Shown piece by piece: positions 23,525-32,925 of a stretch of 64,000 bases of DNA. Location: positions 2,542,001 to 2,606,000 of the forward strand of contig NC_079239.1 in the NCBI RefSeq assembly GCF_027921745.1, read 5' to 3'. A program made the position numbers and the translations under genes. The stretch comes from Schizosaccharomyces osmophilus (Eukaryota). Each line of letters starts with the position of its first letter. Positions within the stretch are counted from its first letter, which is position 1. The notes below the pieces were generated by a model that searched no databases, was not told the DNA's origin, and worked only from the letters and a program-made list of their open reading frames with translations.

Positions 23525-23968
23525 TTAGGAGTAGGGATCCTTGGAATAATGTGCATACTGAGGAGGGGAGCATACAGGAGGAGTACGGACACCAGACGCG
23601 TAGGTGTCAATGATTTGATATTCTTCAACCGAAGGGACTTCTCCAGCGGGCACGGAATTGAAGTGCAGAAAGTAAACAAGAACAAGATGTATATAGAATA
23701 TGAGAGCGCAGTAAATAGACCATATGACGAAAGAGGGTGTGGAAGCACCGTTGGTGGAAATGGAATACAAGAGACCCAAAAAGAGAAAAGTGAGACCAAT
23801 TCCAATGTAACTAACAGTCGTTGCTTTTTTACTACGTTTAAGAAGAATCATTCGGCCAAATTCGTACGGAGTTGTCCTTGTATTTGCTGCCATTTTGATA
23901 ACGTCGTCTATATAGGAAAGCGAGTACTTCCATACAGCAGAATATGACCTGCCTTCCTTCCAATTCAT
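23525..23968 (-). CDS. Orphan small two-TM membrane protein with C-terminal PPxY motif (147 aa, or 122 aa from ATG 23893)
   Basis: ATG-initiated intronless ORF. TM1 VSYIGIGLTFLFLGLLYSI follows the basic KRSKK; TM2 FVIWSIYCALIFYIHLVLVYFL; tail ...PPVCSPPQY... The second ATG has a good context (AAAATGG). No family recognised. Confidence 0.65.
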   Translation of the reverse strand: MNWKEGRSYSAVWKYSLSYIDDVIKMAANTRTTPYEFGRMILLKRSKKATTVSYIGIGLTFLFLGLLYSISTNGASTPSFVIWSIYCALIFYIHLVLVYFLHFNSVPAGEVPSVEEYQIIDTYASGVRTPPVCSPPQYAHYSKDPYS

Positions 23969-24079
23969 TCCAGTTCAGTCCTCCCCATTTTTTATGAATT
24001 GAAGAGCCAAGAAAATAATTTATGTCTACATAAAAGTCTGCTTTTTTTCTAGTTTCCAAAAGCCACCGTACGGTTCATA

Positions 24080-24406
24080 ATGGGTTCCGACGTGAAAATG
24101 GAAGAGTTGCAGAATCTTCTCGCAGATGAACAGAGAGCTCAGGAGTTGCAAGAGGACAAAAAGAGTATGTATTTGGAAATTTCTGAAAAGCTCAAATCAT
24201 TGGAAAATGTGAATGGATTCTTACTCATTGGTCAATTAATTTATCGAGTAGGAATATTCTTTACAATTCTTAGTTCTCCAGATAGTGCAACTCTACGCTT
24301 TTGCATTTATTTAGAACTTCTTGTTGGATTACTTACTATAGCCTACTTTTTGGGAAATATTGTCTGGCTAAAAACGGACATTTATAAAAGTTTTGTTTCT
24401 AATTAA
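24080..24406 (+). CDS. Orphan small protein: N-terminal acidic coiled coil plus two TMs (108 aa, or 102 aa from ATG 24098)
   Basis: Helical MEELQNLLADEQRAQELQEDKKSMYLEISEKLKSLE, then hydrophobic GFLLIGQLIYRVGIFFTIL and FCIYLELLVGLLTIAYFLGNIVWL. ATG 24098 is in AAAATGG context. Confidence 0.65.
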   Translation: MGSDVKMEELQNLLADEQRAQELQEDKKSMYLEISEKLKSLENVNGFLLIGQLIYRVGIFFTILSSPDSATLRFCIYLELLVGLLTIAYFLGNIVWLKTDIYKSFVSN

Positions 24407-25136
24407 GAGTCTCAAATGCTAGTGCAGACAGCCTGACAAAAAGACAAAAAAAATATAAAAGATGAGGGCCTAAATGTTGGAAGAAGGATGAGCTTGTCAC
24501 GAGAAACAACTGTAAACTACTGAATGCTTTTCGGGCGGAGAAACATGTTCGCATTTTCATGCTCTGTATTCTTTGACCACTCATGTAATTTGATACATTG
24601 AACGTGAACGGACCTGTTAAAACTCGCAGCGGATTCTTTATACCCAAATTTTTTCTTTTAAAACGATTCTTGAGCTCTGGGGCACGAGACAACAACTTAA
24701 CAATGACTCGAATACCGAATCTATATATATATTTATATAAGATTCACCATGTTCATATCTCTTAACCGCGTTCTGTAAACGGCAATCTTTTGGTTTATTA
24801 TACTTGTACAGATGTGCATTCTGCTAAAACCGATCGAAAAGACGTTGAATAAATCAAAATAAAACGTTCATGCAGTCACAATCCCAGGTATCTTTGTAGA
24901 TTAAATCCGTAAAATGAAAGTCAGCCCAGATTTTTCTATTCGTTGACTTTTGCTCCCAGGAACGTAAATTCCAATACCATACTGATTCCCTGTTTCCTTT
25001 TACATTTTCAAAGCATACGCATACGAAAAAGAAGCCATTGGGTTCGATAAAGATATTTTGACATATGATTTTCTTGAAGGAACAAATCAAGAGGTCAATG
25101 GTAAAAGATGAGGCCATTTCGAGAATTTGAATCGCA

Positions 25137-25604
25137 TTATGTAGGATGTGAAGGATTGTTTTGGACTGCAGAGGAGAACATTGTATCTTGAAAACGCTCG
25201 GGGCCGCTAACACGCACTTGTTTCTGCACAAGGTTCGTCAACCAATCCTTAGGCTTCGTCTGTGTCTCTGCAGCTGGCTGGAATCCGGCTACACGTCGTA
25301 GTTCATCCATTTGAGGACCATGGTACCATTCGATAAACTCTTTCACATCCTCTTCTGTACCATCGAGTAAACCCACTTCTTCGAGAGCCAGGCGAAAGTC
25401 TTGCAGGTCGCAGTCTTTTTTCCTACTCAATTCTGCTTCTGTCATTGTAGTTTCCGAAAGCAGTTGGATGTAACGGATCATTACATCTGTAAATGAATCC
25501 AACAGCGACAACTTCGTACGATCAAGACCAGCTGCACGCAGTGTTTGCGAGCAAAACACTCGCATAAGGCAAAAATAAATGTCGTTTTTTGGTGATCCTT
25601 CCAT
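25137..25604 (-). CDS. taf3: TFIID subunit Taf3 (bromodomain-associated histone fold)
   Basis: 155 aa; QTLRAAGLDRT...LLDSFTDVMIRYIQLL...DFRLALEEVG histone-fold/BTP pattern. Confidence 0.85.
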   Translation of the reverse strand: MEGSPKNDIYFCLMRVFCSQTLRAAGLDRTKLSLLDSFTDVMIRYIQLLSETTMTEAELSRKKDCDLQDFRLALEEVGLLDGTEEDVKEFIEWYHGPQMDELRRVAGFQPAAETQTKPKDWLTNLVQKQVRVSGPERFQDTMFSSAVQNNPSHPT

Positions 25605-26406
25605 GAGATCCTTTATAAGAGTAGAAACACGTAAAGAAAAGGATTTCGCGTTTTTTTCCTAATCGTGCTCGTGGATGAATTCAGTTTCCGTATATTCCAG
25701 GATTGTGATGTCTCCTTGAAAAATCCTATTTAGAATATGATACGATAGCGATGGCTTTACAATACCGGTAAAAGTGATAATGATACATTGGATTTCGTTG
25801 GTAAACATAACAAACAGGTGAAAAAAAAAAATGGATTATTTGTTCCATAGCAGAATGGTGAATAGCAGTTTCTTTTCAAACTCTTAGATTTTATGAAAAA
25901 ATCTTGGAAGCGTCTCTATGGATCGAAAGAAGTATCTTTTTACTTCTGTTATACACATATAGACATATCTCCTGAATGAGTTTCGCTGTGATTTCTGGTC
26001 GATTTCCTTTTCAAGTTCATTCACTCTCCTTTTTTATGCAATAAAACAAATGAATATATCAGTAATTCCAGTTCTGAAAAAGGAAATCCACTTGAATGTT
26101 TACCGTTTACTGATACCTTGCATTCCATTATGTCAGTAAGACAAGAACCTCACCCAAGAGAGGCTCTCAGCTAGATTCTTGTTTTGTCAATTTCAATTGC
26201 TACTTATATTTTAGTATTTGTATATATAATTCTTTGAAAGAAAGGTCTCGTTTACTATTTCTTTGAATTCGTGGTTGCACGTACTTGTCATAACGGTCGT
26301 TTGAATGCAGCAGGTTTGCCAATTGGGTGGAAACGTCTAGGAATTGGCCAACTATTTCCTCATTACTTTTAATTAACTTAGAACAAAAGGATTGACTTAC
26401 AGTATT

Positions 26407-27356
26407 ATGGCTTATCGAGATCGAACAGGACTGTATATAACCTTCCGACAATCGTATGCACATCATGGTCAAAGACTAGAATTCTCAAAATGGGAACCAA
26501 AGGAAGAACGACAAAACCTTATTCATAAGGATGTGGATGACAACGTCGTCATAGAGATGGACATGCTAGCTCCTAAATGGGTTGCTATCGAACAGGATAT
26601 AGATTCCTTACTTCAAAACACTCACAGAAATATTCAGTTACTCAACAAGCAGTATGCAAAACATGTCCTCCCGAGTTTTTCCGATAAAACAGAACAGGAA
26701 AACGAGATTCAACGCCTAACCATTGATATAACGAGTGACTTCCAAAGATGCCAACGAACTTTACAAAATACAAAACGCCAGACTAATAACCTTAAAGGCT
26801 CAGAAGCCTTGGTTGCTCAAAATCTCCTGGCAAATTTGGCAGGGCGTATTCAAACCGAAAGTGCACAATTTCGGAAAAAACAATCAAACTATTTAAAAAG
26901 TAAGTGATCACTCGAGAAGTATCGTGAATGCTAATAATCCTAGAATTACGAGGTTTGAATTCTGATTTTTCCTCTTCGGATGCGAAACTAGAGGACACTG
27001 TTTCCGACGTTGCAATATCGCAGTCGACAATTCAGCAGGCTGCTCTTATGGAAGAGGAAGGCGAAGACGAGCGGGCTGTCCAGCATGAACGGGCTGTTGC
27101 AAAAATCGCCGAAGGTATCCTGGAGTTAGCTCAGATGTTTCAAGATTTGCAGGGATTGGTAATTGAGCAAGGGGCTCTGGTGGATCGCGTCGACTATAAC
27201 GTTGAGCAAACCCAAGTTCATGCAAAATCTGCCGAAAAAGAGTTAACAAAAGCTGAAGGCCACCAAAGAAATACGGGACGGCTACGTTTCATGTGTTTTC
27301 TAATTTTACTTATAGTTGCTTTAATTATCATATTAATTGGCAAACTTGCACGATAA
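26407..27356 (+). CDS. tlg2: Golgi/endosomal Qa-SNARE Tlg2 (syntaxin 16), 2 exons
   Basis: MAYRDRTGLY N-peptide; intron 26900-26943; SNARE motif IEQGALVDRVDYNVE; C-terminal TM. Confidence 0.92.
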
Positions 27357-27581
27357 TGTTCGACTTATGTCTTTTATACATCTCATGTATTTTCTTCCTT
27401 TTTCAATTCCTTTACTGAATTTTTCTTACTTTAATTACTATTTCCGCTGTTTTATACCTAAATACAACAACCTTTTTGTATCCAAGATAAGTTAGTTGCC
27501 GAATGTTCATAATTAATCAATTCCAAATCCCTTGTAAACCCATATTAACAAAATAAAAAGAATTTTCCAAACGTCAACTTC

Positions 27582-28470
27582 CTAAGAGCTGGAAGATGGA
27601 GCCGAACGTGCACGAGGTAGTCGCTTTTTTTCCTTTTGAGCGCGTCTTCGCATTTTGTTTTCCAAGTAACGATCCAGTTTCTTCGTTCCTTCCATAGATT
27701 TATACTTATCCAATTGAACCAACTTCTTCTGGTCACTCTTCTTCATATAAAATGGCTTCTTTCCTTCCTTAACTTGCTCTCTTTCGTTAGCACGTTGTTC
27801 GCGCAAAACTCGGCCTGTTCTTTCTTCTTCAATATGTCTCTCCATCTTTGATAAAAGAGATTTTAGTGTTGTCTTTATAGTTTCTGCGCGTTCGGGATCT
27901 TTGCATTTTTTCAGCTCTTCGCGAAGAAGCTCAATTTCCTTTTTCCGGTAATCAAAAACAAACGAGTAGTTATTTTTAACCTTCTCTTTATTTAGACTCC
28001 CGGAAAGAGAATCGAATCGAGGGTCTCTTGTAAACTTTTTGGGAACATTCACAACCTCTCGAAACCGAGTAACTGGTTTCTTGCTAGATACTTCCATCGG
28101 TGCGTGCTTTTTTCTTTCAGCACGTTCATGTGCTTCATGTTCATCTCTTTTTTGTGATTTCTTCCTAATAACCGCAGATTCTTTCTTTTCAGTTTTGTTC
28201 TGTTCCGCCATTAATTTCTTTTGAGCGGCCAACAGAGTATCGAATGGAATTTCCGAAATTTCTAGTCTTTAATTAGCAACATTCTACAATCTTTCTGATC
28301 TTACGGGTTTTAGCAGACTTCTCATCCACATCTGAGATCGCCTCTGGCTCACTTTCTTCCATTCCATTAAACTCTTCTTCTGACACCAATTCATCTGAAC
28401 TACTAACTGGATCATCCTCTTCGACGTTTACGTGTGCCAAGCTTCCTTTTTTCAACGCGTTTTTGCTCAT
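27582..28470 (-). CDS. rrp36: rRNA biogenesis protein Rrp36, 2 exons
   Basis: Intron 28304-28262; KHAPMEVSSKKPV, RDPRFD and GKKPFYMKKS motifs. Confidence 0.88.
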
Positions 28471-28747
28471 TGAGTGAATACTGAAGTTTCGCGCAGATAC
28501 ACAGTTACGGTGAAACTTCCACAGACAGGAAGGAAGCTCATATATAGCACTCAAGAGCTCAACAACAATTCTACACACCGAATGAGGTTTATATGAAATT
28601 TTTATTTCAAAAGTTATATATATTATATATAGATTTCATGAATTGAAGAAAAACTATTCTTAGCATAAACAATGGAATCCGCAAACGTAATCTTTAAAAA
28701 ACATAGTTTTGACTCTAATAAACGTAAGTACTACCAACAAAAAAGCA

Positions 28748-30418
28748 TTAAAAAAATTCATCTGTCTCTTCGTTGTCATTACTGGTATAGGCATCAGCAG
28801 GTGGATAATATTGTGGCAACGGTCTTGTTTGTACAAACTCTTCGGGTTCATTCGTAACATAAGTACTGGCACGCTGTAGCGAAGGAGGAACCATGGCTTG
28901 GTTTCCAATTGTGTGAGAACGGTTTCTTGTGCGAGGTGTAACAAATGGCGGCTTCTGCTTGTTCATGTAGTATTGAGTAAACGAAGCACCAGTTATGAAA
29001 GGATGTAATTTCGCTTGATCAGGACTCCAACGCTTCAAAGGATTAAGCTCTAAAAACTGTTTAACAAAATCAATGAAGCATAGTCGTTCCTCATGCTCTT
29101 CGGGAGTATGCTTGGGTGTGGTTTTGCGACGTGGATAATTCATTATAATAGCATCTAATGCTTTTTCACCGAAATACTGTTTTCCTGGTTGCTCCACCTT
29201 GTTGTTTTCAATAGAAAACTGCTCAATCGATTTGAGCTCGTATATCTTTCGTCCGTTAACGAACGAAATATTGAAATACTTTTTTGCATTCTTCCCCATT
29301 TCAATCATCCAGGCTGGAGGATTACCCAACATGTCTACGATACGACTAATTTGGTTATACTCGGAATTTCCAGGAAACAAAGGGAGGCCTAAAAACAACT
29401 CGGCAAGAATGCAGCCAATTGACCACATGTCAATGCCACAATTGTAATGAAGACCTAAAACGACTTCTGGACTTCGGTAAAAACGAGATTGAATATATGT
29501 ATACACGGTCTGTCGTTCATGACAGGCACTGCCAAAGTCGATTACTTTGACATTTGGAGACGACAAGTCTTGTAAAAGGATATTTTCTGGTTTCATATCA
29601 CAATGAATTATACGTGCCTGTTTTAGTAGAGAAGCGCACGAAAGCAACTGAATAGCAAATGAACGGACAAGACTAAGGTGTAGACCGCGAAATTGATTTT
29701 GCTTAATCAGTTCGTAGAGATTGATGCTCAACAGCTCAAAAACCAAACATAAATGATTTTTGTGCATAAATTGATCGTATAAGCGAATCAAATGACGCTT
29801 ATCATCAGGATCATAGCGATTGTTGAGAAATTCTAATATAGAAACTTCCATGACGCATTGGTTATAGAATGCTGGTTTATTTTTGATTACTTTGATAGCT
29901 ACAATCCTTTGTGTTTTTAAGTCTTGACATTTTGCGACTTGTCCAAATGTACCATGGCCTAAAGTATCGAGAATTAAGTACTTTCGGCCTTCATCTGTAC
30001 CAAGCAAATCGTTGACATATAGTATGTAATCGTGGTTAGCATTATCATAACCATGATTGTGGACACCTTCACTTGGCTTCGTAAGAGGTCTCCGAGGATT
30101 TTGTTCCGTTGAAAACTGAAATTTTGGATTACAAATAGCATACGTATTCGCAAGTTTTACACTGACAGCTTCCAGTGGCTAGATAAACATAAGTTAGCAA
30201 AAGAATTGGCACTCTGTACTTACACTAATAAAACTCCCATTGGGAGAAGCTCTTCGATAACTGTAATTTTTTGCCATAGGTGGCTTTGGAGTTGTAAATG
30301 CGGTATTGGTTCCTGAGGAAGATACATGACGAGCATGGCTACTTGGAGGAAGCCGGGAGTATGTCCTGTTTCCTGAATTGTTGTTTGATAAAGGCAAGAT
30401 GGGAGAGTTGGAGTCCAT
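28748..30418 (-). CDS. ppk15: DYRK/Yak1-family protein kinase Ppk15, 2 coding exons
   Basis: Exon 1 is 30418-30224; intron 30223-30179; GHGTFGQV, HCDMKPEN, DFGSAC and YTYIQSRFYR motifs. Confidence 0.9.
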
Positions 30419-31887
30419 GGTGCTGACCGTGAGTTTCAAGCAATTGGCTGCAGTAATTTCTTAGTTGATATACTTACAGCTTGTATGATATGATACAAGG
30501 AATATTATGAGAAAAGAAGGGGAATGAGAAATTACGTACCGAATTCGATAGGTGCAGTCTGAGAGAATACGAAGGTTTCCCAAATTGAACTGTCGTTTCC
30601 AAGTAGAAAACTATATTTTATCAAAATTCGAAAATCCAAAGCTATTAAAGTGGACGAAAGACACGAGAATGAAACTGTTTACGACCTCAAAATGCTAACA
30701 AATGATTGAGCAGTAGAAAGGCACAGCCTCCTAAAGAAAAGAAGAAAGCTCAAAAATACTATAGAAGCAATATCAGACTGTGGGCGAGGTCTAGTGGAAT
30801 TGAATTTCAGAAAACGCGTGAATCAATAGAAATGTATCTCGCAATCCGTTGTCGGTTCGAAAACAAAACAATACGATTCTGAAAATGCAAATTCTTTTCC
30901 TGTGATCTGATCCTGCAGAGAAGCTCTCTAGGAAGAAAAGGAGTCAGTTTATCGAGTGAATCAACTCTCGACAAGTATTTGACTTGAAGAACTGCTACGG
31001 TACTATCAAAGATAGTTTTTTATGACAAAAAGAGCAATTCAATCCAATTCTTTCTAAAAAGGCTGCTAATCCAACAAGCCGCTCCTTGAATATTGTAGTT
31101 GGTAAAAGGTAAATGGATTGAGTAAGCTGACATGACGACACGTTGACACTCTGGGCTGCGGCAGATTCTGCCTCATTACTAAAAATGTAATTGCCTCTTT
31201 AATAGAATACATTGAGATAAAAGTAATAATATTACTGAACATTTTGTAGAGGAAACAATGCGTTGTGTGCAAGGTTTGAACAAGTGATATACTAATTAGA
31301 ACAAATGAAAGGTAGTATGGACCAGTTTACGATTTTCATAAAGGTGTCGGTGATTTTTGTGTGAATGATAGAAACATAATTTTACTTTGATTTGGTTTGG
31401 TTTGGCTTGATTGAGCATAGGAAAAAGGGAAAACGAATCGAAAGGATGCTATACCATAAAGTGCTGTTTCAGCAAGTCCCTTCTATGAAAGAATACGATT
31501 ATGTGTTTGACAGGCGCGTACAACGACTAAAATGATTCCAGTAAAGGAAATACGGTGATCGTTATTGTCGACATTGGGCTAAGTTTCTACTCAAACCCCG
31601 CTACATTTCCATACAAAAAGTAAAAAATACGGTAAGGAACTCAAGTATAACCACCTGCCTTTCCCACGGGTCAAAGGTGGTTAATTTTTCATACATAGAT
31701 ACAGACAAGCCAAAGCACAAAAGCACAATAGAAAAGGTAAAAGCAACAAAATGTTAAGTTTATAAATCAAAAATTTATTTTTCTTCAAATTCAAACGTAT
31801 ATGCCATCAAATTCTTTCCGAAAGACAGATGCCTTCTCAATGGCAAGCTCGAGGTCGTGTTGGTACAACGGGACTCCAGCAAGAATT

Positions 31888-32112
31888 TTAAAGCTGAGGA
31901 ACAAGGAAGTTACCAACACGGGACTTGATAATGGCGACGGAAGCGATAAAAACGCCAAGGCTGATGAAGATGGAAGAGTTTTCCTTGTTAACAACTATAA
32001 AGCGTCAGTAAACTACTTTTTTTTTCATAAAAAAAAAAAAGAGAACTCAAAGAGTTAATGAATAGACCGTACCCTTCTTAATCATGTTCTTTTTGTCAGC
32101 GATACGATCCAT
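31888..32112 (-). CDS. tom6: Mitochondrial TOM complex small subunit Tom6 (48 aa), 2 exons; absent from the ORF track
   Basis: Exon 1 is 32112-32073; intron 32072-31995 (GTACGG...TTACTGAC...TAG); exon 2 is 31994-31888. Product MDRIADKKNMIKKVVNKENSSIFISLGVFIASVAIIKSRVGNFLVPQL, with one TM and a fungal Tom6-like tail. Confidence 0.8.
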
Positions 32113-32925
32113 ATTGTGAATAGTGGTAGAGGGTTGGTGAACGGACAGGTCCCATTTACTGCTGGCTATCAGATATTCCCTAGTAAATAATAGTGTAAAT
32201 ATAAACAGTATCTAAATAAATCGTGGAAAATTAATAAAAAGAAAGTATTGAAAAAAAAAACATTCAAAAGAAATTTAATCGTTAAAATGAATTGAAGACT
32301 TATTTCTCGTTTTGGCAGTGATGTGAATTCCGGATCCAAATTAATTTGTCGTTTAAGAACAACTCACAGTGGAGAAATCATATTTTAAATTAGAAGTATT
32401 GAAACAAAGTGAAGTTCGAGAGGATGCTCGTCAGCAGAATCTTGAAATCATTTTGAAGAAGACGAAACATTCCAATGGAACGAAATGAAGATTGGATGAT
32501 TACCATTGAAAGAAAAACGATGAATGCAATGAACATTATTGTTCAATATTAAGGAAGAACTAAAAAACGTACACTTTGAGATTTGGACTACAGATGAATG
32601 ATTATCTATAAGAGTAGAGACTATTGTCATAAATGTATTTAAAATATCCAAGGTGAAAAGCACAAGAAGAACAGGGAGCTTACAACTGTAAAAAAAGAAC
32701 TTTTTTTACTTTCACTTACAAATGTAAAATTAAAGAAAAACAAAAACAAAAAAATTCACCCATCGACATTTGTTTACTAAATAAGAACGCATCGGTTTCC
32801 ATCGGTATCAAAAAGATAACCCACTACGCTCTTTCGTGTTACATTGGACTGAACATATTTTTTCATTGAGCAGGTCCTCACCCTTCCTTTGACTGCTGTA
32901 CCAAAAAAACTTGCCAACCACCAAC

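Noticed and set aside
24873..24880. Homol D box CAGTCACA
   Set aside because: It lies between two converging 3' ends with no gene start nearby. A single 8-mer is expected by chance in a window of this size.
22700..25130. wtf gene, 5S rDNA, Tf LTR or DNA transposon as the explanation for the inserted region
   Set aside because: I found no multi-exon wtf structure, 5S sequence, TG...CA LTR, terminal inverted repeats or transposase/RT motifs by eye.
24399..25231. Minus-strand ORFs 24399-24695 and 24854-25231
   Set aside because: No protein-like features; the first lacks an ATG start and the second overlaps taf3 out of frame.
31791..32058. ORF-track calls of 67 aa (-) and 85 aa (+)
   Set aside because: Wrong frames over the spliced tom6 gene.
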